Part shown: positions 19,174-28,753 of the stretch, one piece after another
Position numbering within the stretch: the first letter of the stretch is position 1
How the letters are laid out: every line of letters starts with the position of its first letter
Origin: Vulcanimicrobiota bacterium
GTDB lineage: Bacteria > Vulcanimicrobiota > Vulcanimicrobiia > Vulcanimicrobiales > Vulcanimicrobiaceae
Direction of reading: 5' to 3'
DNA: 64,000 nucleotides
Assembly: GCA_963812155.1 (NCBI GenBank)
Contig: CAWETW010000001.1
Span: 160,001 to 224,000 of the forward strand
The notes under the pieces: model-generated
Seen by the model: only the letters and a program-made list of their open reading frames with translations
What the model was told of the DNA's origin: nothing
Database searches by the model: none
Translations under genes and position numbers: made by a program

Positions 19174-21015
19174 ATGTGCGGCATCGTCGGCTACGTCGGC
19201 CCCAAGAATAGCGTTCCGATCATTCTCGACGCGCTCGGCCGTCTCGAATACCGCGGGTACGACAGCGCCGGCATTGCCGTCATCGACGAAAACGGCGCGC
19301 TCGTCGGCTCCAAGGCCGAGGGCAAGCTGTCGCGCCTGGCCGAGCGGCTCAACAATGGCGAGCCGCTCAGCGGTGCGGTCGGGGTCGGGCATACGCGCTG
19401 GGCCACGCACGGCCGCCCTTCCGACGCCAACGCCCATCCGCACATGGATTGCACCGGCCGCATCGCGGTCGTGCACAACGGCATCATCGAAAACTACGCC
19501 GCCTTGCGCGCGCGCCTGATCGAGGCCGGACACATTTTCGCCAGCGAGACCGACACGGAAGTGCTCGCGCACCTCATCGAGGCGCACGACGCCGGCTCGC
19601 TCGTCGAAGCGGTGCGTAAGACGCTGCACGAAGTGCGCGGCGCCTACGCGCTGGGCGTGATCTCCAGCGACGATCCCGAGCATTTGGTCTTCGCGCGCAA
19701 CGGCGCGAGCCCGCTGGTCATCGGCATCGGCAACGGCGAGATGTACGTCGCGTCCGACACGCCGGCGATTCTGCCGTACACGCGCAAAGAGATCATCCTG
19801 CAGGAGGGGGAGATCGCGGTCGTCGGGCGCGACGGCTATCGTCTGACCGACTACGACGGCAATCGCATCGAACGCGAACCAATCCAAGTGACGTGGGATG
19901 CGGGCTCCGCGGAGAAGAGCGGCTTCAAGCATTTCATGCTCAAGGAGATCTTCGAGCAGCCCAACGTCATCAAGGAGACGTTGGCGGGCCGTATCGACGA
20001 GCGCGGCGACGTGCACCTCGGACGCGAACTCGGCCAGATTTCTCGCGACTTTCTGCGCGGCATGAGCAAGATCGCGATCACCGGCTGCGGCAGCGCGTAC
20101 CACGCGGGGCTGGTCGGCATGTACCTGTTACGTTCGCTCGTCCGGCTTCCGGTGGAAATGGAGCTCGCCAGCGAGTTTCGCTACGGCGACCCCGTCATCG
20201 ATCCCACGACGCTGGTGATTGCGATGTCGCAATCCGGCGAAACCGCCGATACGATCGAAGCGGTGCGCATCGCCAAGCAAGAAGGCAGCACGGTCCTCGG
20301 CATCTGTAACGTCCTCGGATCGCACCTGAGCCGCCTCGCCGACGGGACGCTGTTCACGCGCGGCGGTCCCGAGATCGGCGTGGCCGCGACCAAGACCTAC
20401 GTGTCGCAGGTGACGCTGCTAACGCTCTTCGCACTCTATCTGGCGAAACTGCGCGGAACGACCGGCGAACGGCGCCTGCACGAGATCGCCGACGGAACGA
20501 AACTGCTGCCGGCGGCGGTCGACGTGGTGCTCAACACGTCGGACGAAATTCGCAAGGCGGCGCGCAGCATCCGCAAAGCAAACAGCATTCTTTTCCTCGG
20601 CCGCTACGTCAACTTCCCGACCGCGCTCGAAGGCGCGCTCAAGCTCAAAGAAATCTCGTACATCCACGCTGAGGGCTATCCCGCCGGCGAGATGAAGCAC
20701 GGACCGATCGCGCTGCTCGATTCCGGCGTGCCGGTCGTCGGCGTCATGACCGACGATCGCGTGCGCGAGAAAATGCTCTCGAACCTGATGGAGTCAAAAG
20801 CGCGCGAAGCGCCGGTCTTCGTGGTTGCCAATCACGGCGACGAGGAAGCCAAAGCCGTCGCCGACCGCGTCTTTTGGGTGCCTAAGGTCGACGAACTGCT
20901 CTCGCCGATCGTCAACGTCATTCCGCTGCAGCTGCTCGCGTATCACATCGCCGATATCGAAGGCAAAGACGTCGACCAGCCGCGGAACTTGGCGAAAACC
21001 GTCACGGTCGAGTAG
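19174..21015 (+). CDS. glmS: Glutamine-fructose-6-phosphate transaminase
   Basis: MCGIVG, GHTRWATHG, SQSGETAD, C-terminal PRNLAKTVTVE. Confidence 0.98.
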   Translation: MCGIVGYVGPKNSVPIILDALGRLEYRGYDSAGIAVIDENGALVGSKAEGKLSRLAERLNNGEPLSGAVGVGHTRWATHGRPSDANAHPHMDCTGRIAVVHNGIIENYAALRARLIEAGHIFASETDTEVLAHLIEAHDAGSLVEAVRKTLHEVRGAYALGVISSDDPEHLVFARNGASPLVIGIGNGEMYVASDTPAILPYTRKEIILQEGEIAVVGRDGYRLTDYDGNRIEREPIQVTWDAGSAEKSGFKHFMLKEIFEQPNVIKETLAGRIDERGDVHLGRELGQISRDFLRGMSKIAITGCGSAYHAGLVGMYLLRSLVRLPVEMELASEFRYGDPVIDPTTLVIAMSQSGETADTIEAVRIAKQEGSTVLGICNVLGSHLSRLADGTLFTRGGPEIGVAATKTYVSQVTLLTLFALYLAKLRGTTGERRLHEIADGTKLLPAAVDVVLNTSDEIRKAARSIRKANSILFLGRYVNFPTALEGALKLKEISYIHAEGYPAGEMKHGPIALLDSGVPVVGVMTDDRVREKMLSNLMESKAREAPVFVVANHGDEEAKAVADRVFWVPKVDELLSPIVNVIPLQLLAYHIADIEGKDVDQPRNLAKTVTVE

Positions 21016-21050
21016 CGGGAATCGGCGGCGCGCAACCCTAACCGCCGTTC

Positions 21051-21788
21051 ATGACTCGCAGCGACGGGCGACGCGCGGACGAGATTCGTCCCGTCACCAT
21101 CGAACCGGGCTTCTTGAAATATGCTGAAGGCAGCGCGCTCATCAGCGTGGGCAACACGCGCGTGCTGTGCGCCGCGACCGTGGAAGAGCGCGTACCGCAG
21201 TGGATGAAGGGGCGCGGCACCGGTTGGGTGACGGCCGAGTACGCAATGCTTCCTCGTGCCACGCACGACCGCACGCAGCGCGAGGCCGTGAAGGGCCGTT
21301 TGGGCGGGCGCACGCACGAGATTCAGCGCATCATCGGACGCGCGTTGCGCGCCGTGACCGACACCGTGAAACTCGGCGAACGCACGATTTGGGTGGATTG
21401 CGACGTGCTGCAGGCCGACGGCGGCACGCGCACGGCAGCGGTGACCGGCGCATACGTCGCGCTGGCAATCGCGCTTCGCGCGCGCTTTGACCCCTCGGAC
21501 GCCGCGCGCTGGCCGTTGAGCGGCGCGATCGCCGCCACCAGCGTCGGCATCGTCGACGGCCGCACCATGCTGGATCTCGCTTACGACGAAGACAGCCGCG
21601 CGCACGTGGATATGAACGTGTTCATGACCGATGCCGGCCGTTTCGTCGAACTGCAGGGCACCGCCGAAGCCGCGCCCTTCGACCGGCGCGATCTCGACGC
21701 GCTGCTGGAACTCGCCGCACACGGTATCGAACGCCTTTTTGCCGTTCAACGCGCCGCGCTTTCGGCAGAAACCGCGCATGCCGGTTGA
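21051..21788 (+). CDS. rph: Ribonuclease PH
   Basis: [43 protein letters not shown]. Confidence 0.97.
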   Translation: MTRSDGRRADEIRPVTIEPGFLKYAEGSALISVGNTRVLCAATVEERVPQWMKGRGTGWVTAEYAMLPRATHDRTQREAVKGRLGGRTHEIQRIIGRALRAVTDTVKLGERTIWVDCDVLQADGGTRTAAVTGAYVALAIALRARFDPSDAARWPLSGAIAATSVGIVDGRTMLDLAYDEDSRAHVDMNVFMTDAGRFVELQGTAEAAPFDRRDLDALLELAAHGIERLFAVQRAALSAETAHAG

Positions 21789-22119
21789 ACCGCAGGTGGC
21801 GGCACTGGCCGAGCGCGTCGGCTCGTTTCACATTACGGAGCGCGCCATGAAGCACGCGCAACGCGAGATCGAACGGGCCATCGCCGCCGGAGACGTGGGC
21901 GAGCGCGCGCGCGACGACTACTTCGCCGCGGTGCGCCGCTACTTCGAAGGCTTTGGACGCGAGGCGCGCGCTCGTTTGCGCGACGTCGACCGGCGCCTCG
22001 TGCACGTGAACCAAGTGCAGTTCAACTTGACCGCCGAACGCGGGGTCGCCGTGAAGCGGATCGAAGCGACCGACGCGGTGCTGCACGCGCTCGCCGCGGC
22101 ATCGGAAGCGCAGCCGTGA
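21778..22119 (+). CDS. Hypothetical helical protein
   Basis: Fills the gap between rph and mlaE with overlaps at both ends. Confidence 0.65.
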   Translation: MPVEPQVAALAERVGSFHITERAMKHAQREIERAIAAGDVGERARDDYFAAVRRYFEGFGREARARLRDVDRRLVHVNQVQFNLTAERGVAVKRIEATDAVLHALAAASEAQP

Positions 22120-22892
22120 AAATGCTCGACCGGGTCGGACGCGCGACCCAAAACTTCTTCGAGTACGCAGGGGGCATCACACTGCTCTCGGCCGAGTCGG
22201 CCGGCTTCATGGTGCAGCTGCGCATTCGCGTGGGCGAAACGATTTCGCAGTCGTATCTGCTCGGCGTGCAATCGTTGATCATCGTTCTGCTCACCTCGCT
22301 GTTCACCGGCATGGTGATCTCGCTGGAATCGGCTCAGCAGGCCGTGCAGTACGGCGTCGGCAGTCTCGTCGGCGCGGCTGTCGCGTATGCGTCGGTGCGC
22401 GAACTCGGCCCGATGCTCACGGCGGTCGTCGTGGCGGGGCGGGTCGGTGCGGCAATCGCCGCCGAGCTCGGCTCAATGGTCGTGACCGAACAGATCGAGG
22501 CACTGCGCTCGATGGGTCTCGAGCCGTCGCGCTTCCTCGTGGTGCCGCGGCTTCTCGCGCTGCTGATCACGCTGCCGCTGCTGACGATCTTCGCCGACGT
22601 CATCTCGATCGCCGGCGGCATGTGGGTCGCCCAGACCTACGCGCACATCTCGGCCGACACGTTTCTCTCGGCCGCGCGACAATCGATCGGCTTCGAAGAC
22701 GTGCTCAAGGGTCTCCTCAAGTCGGTCGTGTTCGCCTGCATCATTGCGATGGTGGGCGCCTACCAGGGGCTGACGACGCGCGGCGGAGCGGCCGGCGTCG
22801 GCCAATCGACGACCGGCTCGGTGGTGCTCTCGATCATTCTCATTTTCATGTCGAACTTCGTGCTCTCGTTCTTGCTCTTCGGCGGAGGTTAA
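22116..22892 (+). CDS. mlaE: MlaE family lipid ABC transporter permease
   Basis: RELGPMLTAVVVAGRVGAAIAAELGSM..TEQIEAL, GGAAGVGQSTT. Confidence 0.95.
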   Translation: MKMLDRVGRATQNFFEYAGGITLLSAESAGFMVQLRIRVGETISQSYLLGVQSLIIVLLTSLFTGMVISLESAQQAVQYGVGSLVGAAVAYASVRELGPMLTAVVVAGRVGAAIAAELGSMVVTEQIEALRSMGLEPSRFLVVPRLLALLITLPLLTIFADVISIAGGMWVAQTYAHISADTFLSAARQSIGFEDVLKGLLKSVVFACIIAMVGAYQGLTTRGGAAGVGQSTTGSVVLSIILIFMSNFVLSFLLFGGG

Positions 22893-22902
22893 CGACCTCG
22901 TC

Positions 22903-23661
22903 GTGGCCGGCAATCTCATCGCAAAGCTCGACGACGTCTCGCTGGCATTCGGCGAACGCGTCGTTTTGAAAAACTGCAACCTCGACATCGTCGAAGGGGC
23001 GATCACGTGCATCGTGGGCCTCTCCGGCGCCGGCAAGTCGACGATTCTGCGGCTGCTCGACGGCCTGATTCAACCGCAGTCGGGCCACGTCTTCCTGCGC
23101 GGCCAAGACATCTGCCACATGAGCGAAGACAAACTTATTCCCGCGCGGCAGAAGATCAGTCTCGCCTTTCAGTTTGCGGCGCTGCTCGACAGTCTGACGA
23201 TCGGCGACAATATCGCGCTGCCGCTTCAGGAACACACCAAACTCTCGGCCGCCGAAATCCGGCAGCAGGTCATGGACGCGCTCGAGAGCGTCGGCTTGGA
23301 CGGAACGTACAATAACTTGCCGAGCGAACTTTCCGGCGGCATGCTCAAGCGTGCCGGCTTCGCGCGCGCGATCGTTACGCGTCCCGACTTAATTCTCTAC
23401 GACGAGCCGACGACCGGACTCGATCCGATCGTCACGCACCTCATCACCAACACTATCGTGAAACTGCGCAAGAAGCTCGACGGCACGGCGGTCGTCATCT
23501 CGCACGACCTGCAGTCGATCTTCATGATGGCCGATTTCGTCGCCATGCTCTTCGAAGGGGCAATCATCGCGTGCGACACGGTCGAGAACATCCGCCGCTC
23601 GAGCAATCCGATCGTGCAGCAGTTCCTGCAAGGCTCGGAAGCGGGGCCGATACCGATTTGA
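22903..23661 (+). CDS. mlaF: MlaF family ABC ATPase
   Basis: GLSGAGKS, PSELSGGM.KR, YDEPTTGLDP. Confidence 0.93.
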   Translation: MAGNLIAKLDDVSLAFGERVVLKNCNLDIVEGAITCIVGLSGAGKSTILRLLDGLIQPQSGHVFLRGQDICHMSEDKLIPARQKISLAFQFAALLDSLTIGDNIALPLQEHTKLSAAEIRQQVMDALESVGLDGTYNNLPSELSGGMLKRAGFARAIVTRPDLILYDEPTTGLDPIVTHLITNTIVKLRKKLDGTAVVISHDLQSIFMMADFVAMLFEGAIIACDTVENIRRSSNPIVQQFLQGSEAGPIPI

Positions 23662-24611
23662 CGACCGAGCTGCCGGTGAATTTCGACGAGGCGCAGGTCG
23701 CGGCGCTGCTCGACTGGGACGCGCTCATCGATGCGATGGAACGCGCACTCATCGCCTTCTCGACGGGCGGCGCGATTCAACCGGTGCGCACCGTGCTCGC
23801 GGTCGAAGAGGGACGGCGGTACTTCGGCGTGATGCCGGCAATCGCGGGCGACGTGATGGGCGCGAAACTCGTGAGCTTCTATCCCGTCAACGAGAGCGCG
23901 GGTTTGCCGACCCATCACGGCACGATCGTGCTGTTCGACGCACGCACGGGCGTGCCGGCCGCGACCATGGACGGGCGGCTCATCACCGAGATGCGCACGG
24001 CGGCCGTTTCGGCGGCCGTCGCGAGACGCTTGATGCCCGAACGCTCGCACGTGCTGGCTTTGCTCGGCAGCGGCGTTCAAGCGGGTGCGCATCTGCGCGC
24101 GCTGGGCCGCGTGGGAGCGTTCGAGGACGTCCGCGTGTGGAGCCGCACGCCCGAACACGCCGAGCGCTTCGCGCGCGAACACGGCGCGCGCGCGACCGAT
24201 GCGCAGGCCGCGGTCGCGGGAGCCCACGTCGTCGTCGTCGCGACCTCGGCGAGCGAACCCGTGCTGCGCGGCGAGTGGCTCGACCCGGGCGCGCTCGCGA
24301 TCGCCGTCGGCGCAAACCACCCTTCGTGGCGCGAACTCGACGACGCGGCGATGCGCAACGTGCTCGTGGTCGACTCGCGCGAGGCCGCCGCGCGAGAGTC
24401 GGGCGACGTCATTCTCAGCGGCGCGCGCGTCTACGCCGAAGCCGGCGAAATCCTCGCCGGGCAAGCGGCGTTACCGCCCGCGCATGCAACGCGCGTATTC
24501 AAATCGCTCGGGCTCGCCGTCGAGGACCTCTATGCGGCGCAGCTCGTGGTGCAGGCGCACGCGGCGGCCTCGCACGGGCGCTCGACGAGGCCCCTGGAAG
24601 CGAAAGGATAA
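23658..24611 (+). CDS. Ornithine cyclodeaminase/mu-crystallin family protein
   Basis: GAKLVS, ITEMRTAA, GSGVQA, FKSLGLAVED; TTGA overlap with the mlaF stop. Confidence 0.92.
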   Translation: MTTELPVNFDEAQVAALLDWDALIDAMERALIAFSTGGAIQPVRTVLAVEEGRRYFGVMPAIAGDVMGAKLVSFYPVNESAGLPTHHGTIVLFDARTGVPAATMDGRLITEMRTAAVSAAVARRLMPERSHVLALLGSGVQAGAHLRALGRVGAFEDVRVWSRTPEHAERFAREHGARATDAQAAVAGAHVVVVATSASEPVLRGEWLDPGALAIAVGANHPSWRELDDAAMRNVLVVDSREAAARESGDVILSGARVYAEAGEILAGQAALPPAHATRVFKSLGLAVEDLYAAQLVVQAHAAASHGRSTRPLEAKG

Positions 24612-24621
24612 TACGACCGGC

Positions 24622-26199
24622 ATGACACGCCAGGCTCAAGTCGGCGCCTTCACCATCGTCGCATTGCTCTTGCTCTTCGGCGTGTTCTACGTCATCACGG
24701 ATTTCGGCACGCGCCACACGGGATATCAGATCGGCGTGCACTTCCGCTCCGCGGCCGGTTTGACGCCGGGCGCGCTGGTCTATTTCAGCGGCGTCAACGC
24801 CGGGTCGGTGGAAGACATCGGGCTGCAGCCCGACAACACGGTCGAAGTCATCCTTGCCATCAAGAACGACATCGACGTGCCCGTCGACTCGAAGTTCTTG
24901 ATTCAGGCGCCGCTCACGGGTTCACCCAACGTCATCATCGTGCCGCCGCAGCACGAGCGTCCACCCTTCGCGCTGCTGCCGCGTAAGGTGCTTCCGATCG
25001 AACAGCAGCCCCAGGGCGCCAACACCGCGACGATCGCCGACCTCCTCCAGCAGGGCCAGGGCGAGGTCAAGCGCTTCGACGTCGTCATGTCGCAGATCGA
25101 AGCGCGCACGCCCAAACTGCTCGATACGCTGCAGACGACGCTGAACAACGCCAACGATCTCACCGTGACCACGAAGGCATCGTTGGGCCAACTCTCGTCG
25201 GAGTTGCTGGCGCTGGGATCGACGCTGCAGGGCGACCTCTCCACGGCCGGCACCAACGTCGTGCAACTCACCGGAACGCTCAACTCGTCGGCCACGGTCA
25301 ACTCCAAGAAGCTCGGGCGGCTGCTCGATCAACTCGAGGCGACGTCGGTTTCGCTCAACAAGTCGATGGGCGCCGTCGAAGATCTCGCCACCGATCCGCA
25401 GTTGAAATCGAACGTCCTCACGACGACGCAGAGCATCGCGAGCGCGACCCAGACGCTGGCGCAAATGACTCAAGACTTGCGTACGATTACCGGGAATCCG
25501 CAGACGCAAGCGCAACTGCGCGACACGATCGCCAATCTCGACGCGACGATGCAAAAAGCCAACTCGCTCTTGGGGCAACTCGGCGGCACGAGCAGCGTCT
25601 ACGGCGTGGATGCCGCAGCGACGCCGCCCCCGCCGGTCGTGCCCGGGGTCTCGCCGTATCCGTTGCCGCCGCAGCCGCATGCCGCGCCGACGCCTTCGCA
25701 TACCGCAGCGACGACGTCGCAGGCCCGCGAGCGGCTGCAGGGCGCGATCGGCAAGGCGCTGCGCAATCTCGTTGCGGTGCAGTTACGCTTCAGCGGCCTG
25801 TCGCCGCAACACAATGCCGGGCTCAATCCCGTGTTGACCCCGAGTCAGGGACCGCTCGGCGACATCAATCTCGTCGTTCTGCCGCACGCGACGACGAGCT
25901 TCATGGTCGGGGCCAACGCCATCGGCAACAACACGACGTGGAACGCCGTCGTGATGAAAGGGACGGAGAGCGGATTTCGCATCGGCGGCGGAGTGCTCTA
26001 TTCGCAGATCGGCATGCTCGCGCAACTCAACGCGCTCAAGGGCTTCGGGGTCGAGACGCGCATCTACGATCTCACCTATCCGATGATCGACCTCTACGGG
26101 AATATCCATCTTGGCAGCAGTGCGGAACTCTTTTTCGGTCAACGCGACGTGAACCACGCGAGCCGCCGCAACACGTTTGGTTTCCAATACCAGTTCTGA
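24622..26199 (+). CDS. mlaD: Long MlaD/MCE protein with helical stalk and probable C-terminal beta-barrel
   Basis: TM helix plus MCE domain (AAGLTPGALVYFSGVNAGSV), long helical region, Pro-rich linker, beta-strand-like C-terminus ending FGFQYQF. Confidence 0.9.
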   Translation: MTRQAQVGAFTIVALLLLFGVFYVITDFGTRHTGYQIGVHFRSAAGLTPGALVYFSGVNAGSVEDIGLQPDNTVEVILAIKNDIDVPVDSKFLIQAPLTGSPNVIIVPPQHERPPFALLPRKVLPIEQQPQGANTATIADLLQQGQGEVKRFDVVMSQIEARTPKLLDTLQTTLNNANDLTVTTKASLGQLSSELLALGSTLQGDLSTAGTNVVQLTGTLNSSATVNSKKLGRLLDQLEATSVSLNKSMGAVEDLATDPQLKSNVLTTTQSIASATQTLAQMTQDLRTITGNPQTQAQLRDTIANLDATMQKANSLLGQLGGTSSVYGVDAAATPPPPVVPGVSPYPLPPQPHAAPTPSHTAATTSQARERLQGAIGKALRNLVAVQLRFSGLSPQHNAGLNPVLTPSQGPLGDINLVVLPHATTSFMVGANAIGNNTTWNAVVMKGTESGFRIGGGVLYSQIGMLAQLNALKGFGVETRIYDLTYPMIDLYGNIHLGSSAELFFGQRDVNHASRRNTFGFQYQF

Positions 26200-26213
26200 G
26201 TCCGGAAACCACG

Positions 26214-27152
26214 GTGGCTGAGCGAACGCAGGTCGGCATCATCGGAGCGGGCGCCATGGGCACCCTCTTCGGATTCCACCTCGCCGAGCATTGCGACGTG
26301 CGCGTGCTCGAACGCAATGCCGAATTGAGCGCCGCCATCGCGCGCGACGGCCTGGCGGTCAACGACGCGCCCGCGCGCCGCGTCGCCGTGGCCGAAAATC
26401 CACGCGACCTCTACGGTTCTCGCGTGTTCTTTCTCTTCGTCAAAGCGGTCGACACGCTGCGCGCGCTGCGGCCGTTTGCGGGAGAGTTGAATCCCGGCGC
26501 CCCGTTCGTGTCGCTGCAAAACGGCGTCGGCAACGAAGACGCCATCAAGACCGCGCTGGGCGGCGAGGTGCCGGTCGTCTTGGGCATCACGACCGAGTCG
26601 TCGCAGAGCGTCGGACCGGGCCGCGTCCGCGTGACCGCCGAGGGCCACTCGATTCTCGGCTCGACGTCGGCGGCGCCGGCGACGTCGCGCATGGTCGCCG
26701 ACTTGCTGACGCGCAGCGGCCTGCAGGCGTCGGTCGTCTACGACATCCGCCCGCACCTGTGGGGCAAACTCGTCGCGAACGCAGCCATCAACGCACTCTC
26801 GGCGCTACTGGATTGCGAAGCCGGCGCAATCCCCAAGGATCCCAACGCCGCACGCGTGGCCGAAGTGCTCGCCGAAGAGGCCGCTTCGGTCGCCGCCGCA
26901 CTCAAGATCAACTTACCGTTCGTGAACCCTTGGCAATACGTCACCGAGGTCATCGCGCTGGGAGCCGATGCGAAGAGTTCGATGGCCTACGATCTCGAGA
27001 CCGGACATCCGAGCGAAATCGATCACATCAACGGCGCGGTCGCGGCGTTCGCACGGCGCACCGGCACGCCGGCACCTTATAACGAAGCGATGGTGCGGCT
27101 GATCAAGGCGCGCGAAGCGCTGCATTCAAGCCTGCGGGTGCAGACGCAGTAA
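26214..27152 (+). CDS. panE: 2-dehydropantoate 2-reductase
   Basis: GAGAMG, SLQNGVG, WGKLVANAAIN, SSMAYD...EIDHING. Confidence 0.93.
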   Translation: MAERTQVGIIGAGAMGTLFGFHLAEHCDVRVLERNAELSAAIARDGLAVNDAPARRVAVAENPRDLYGSRVFFLFVKAVDTLRALRPFAGELNPGAPFVSLQNGVGNEDAIKTALGGEVPVVLGITTESSQSVGPGRVRVTAEGHSILGSTSAAPATSRMVADLLTRSGLQASVVYDIRPHLWGKLVANAAINALSALLDCEAGAIPKDPNAARVAEVLAEEAASVAAALKINLPFVNPWQYVTEVIALGADAKSSMAYDLETGHPSEIDHINGAVAAFARRTGTPAPYNEAMVRLIKAREALHSSLRVQTQ

Positions 27153-27848
27153 TCGGATCGTCCCGGTTGAGGTCTCCACGTCGATCGCGTGCGAGCCGCC
27201 GCCGTTGACGCTGCCGTCGATCGTCTCGGCGGTGCCTTGCGCGGATCCGCGTAAATCGAAATCGGTGAAGAGCGTCCCGCGATCGGTGTGAAGGCGGACG
27301 TCGAACTTCGCGTTTTCGTTGATCCAGAGTTCGATATTGCCGCGTTGGGTCGAGAAATGCAGCGTGCCGGGCCATCCCGTCGAGCCCATCGTTACCGAGA
27401 CGTTTCCGCGGCCCGCGCGCACCTGGGCGTAGCCGGGAATCAATACCTGAACGTCGCCTTGCAGCGCAACGACGGTGGCGTTCCCTTCGATCCCGGTCAC
27501 GTGCACGTCGCCGCGGTCGGATCGCACGGCCAAATTGACGCCGTCGGGAACGCGCACGAGCAGCTCGGCCAGCGGAGCGAGCGCGTCGACGGCGATGCCG
27601 CCGGGGCGCGCGCGCAGCCGCGGCGGAGGAGGCGGCGTCGATCGCGCGAGCGCCGTTGCCGCCACCGTAAACCGGTTGCGCGCCTCGCCGCCGGCCGGCT
27701 GATAGGCGCCGACCGGTGCCGCTGCGACACGGACGCTCAACGTCGAGCCCGGCGCGAGCACGCCGACCGTGGTCACGTACGGCGTTTGATTCGCGCAGGC
27801 GGTAACCGGAAGAAGAAGCAGAAGGAATGCGAGACGCTTGGGGATCAT
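27126..27848 (-). CDS. Putative lipoprotein, DUF4097 (adhesin-like) family
   Basis: Lipoprotein-like signal (LLPVTAC), repeated S/T..G.V/I strands, end GGGSHAIDVETSTGTIRL. Confidence 0.72.
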   Translation of the reverse strand: MIPKRLAFLLLLLPVTACANQTPYVTTVGVLAPGSTLSVRVAAAPVGAYQPAGGEARNRFTVAATALARSTPPPPPRLRARPGGIAVDALAPLAELLVRVPDGVNLAVRSDRGDVHVTGIEGNATVVALQGDVQVLIPGYAQVRAGRGNVSVTMGSTGWPGTLHFSTQRGNIELWINENAKFDVRLHTDRGTLFTDFDLRGSAQGTAETIDGSVNGGGSHAIDVETSTGTIRLLRLHPQA

Positions 27849-27872
27849 GCTCGAGCAGAATAGGCCGCACAG

Positions 27873-28733
27873 ATGCGCATTTCCGCCTGCCTCCTTTTCG
27901 CATTCGTTCTTTCGGCGACCGCCGGCTGCGGCGGCCGCTCCTCGGAATCGTCGCTTCCCGCTTTGAGCGCGGGAACGCCCGGCGCCGCCTCGGCCCGGAG
28001 CGCCGCGCTCTGGATTCCGGCGGCGGAATCGACGTTCGCCATCCAATACGGCGGCAAGAGGCTCGATACGAACGTCGACGCCGCGATCTACGACGTCGAC
28101 GGCTTCGATACGACCGCGGCGACGGTGGCACAGCTTCACGGAATGGGACGGCACGTCGTCTGCTACATCGACGTCGGCACGTGGGAAAACTGGCGGCCCG
28201 ACGCCGGCACATTCCCCAAGAGCGTCCTCGGAAAACCCGACGGCCACTGGAAGGGCGAGCGCTGGCTCGACATCAGCCAACTCTCGGTACTCCAGCCGAT
28301 CATGTCGGCGCGCTTCAAGATGTGCGCGCGCAAAGGCTTCGACGCAATCGATTCTGACAACATCGACGGCTACGAGAACCGAACGGGATTCAAACTCACG
28401 GCCGAGCAGCAACTGACCTACGATCGCTGGGTCGCCAAGCGCATCCACTCGTTCGGACTCTCGGCGGCGCAGAAGGGCGACAACGATCAAGTTGCGGACT
28501 TACGCCCGAGCTTCGATTGGGCCGTCCTCGAAGAGTGTTACAAGCAGGGATGGTGCAAGCAGTTTACGAGCTACACCGACGATGACCGGCTCGTCGTCGA
28601 CATCGAATACGGGCTGAAGAAATCCGAGTTTCTCAACAAAACCTGTCCGCAAATCAAAGGCTACAAAGAAACGGCGCTCCTCAAGCATCTCAATCTCGAC
28701 GCCTGGGTCGTCACCTGCTCTAAGGATCGCTAG
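27873..28733 (+). CDS. Endo-alpha-1,4-polygalactosaminidase (GH114), lipoprotein
   Basis: YDVDGF, VCYIDVGTWENWRPDA, GERWLDI, KGFDAIDSDNIDGY, VLEEC; TAGC lipobox. Confidence 0.88.
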   Translation: MRISACLLFAFVLSATAGCGGRSSESSLPALSAGTPGAASARSAALWIPAAESTFAIQYGGKRLDTNVDAAIYDVDGFDTTAATVAQLHGMGRHVVCYIDVGTWENWRPDAGTFPKSVLGKPDGHWKGERWLDISQLSVLQPIMSARFKMCARKGFDAIDSDNIDGYENRTGFKLTAEQQLTYDRWVAKRIHSFGLSAAQKGDNDQVADLRPSFDWAVLEECYKQGWCKQFTSYTDDDRLVVDIEYGLKKSEFLNKTCPQIKGYKETALLKHLNLDAWVVTCSKDR

Positions 28734-28753
28734 CGCGTGGAGGGCGGTTGTCG

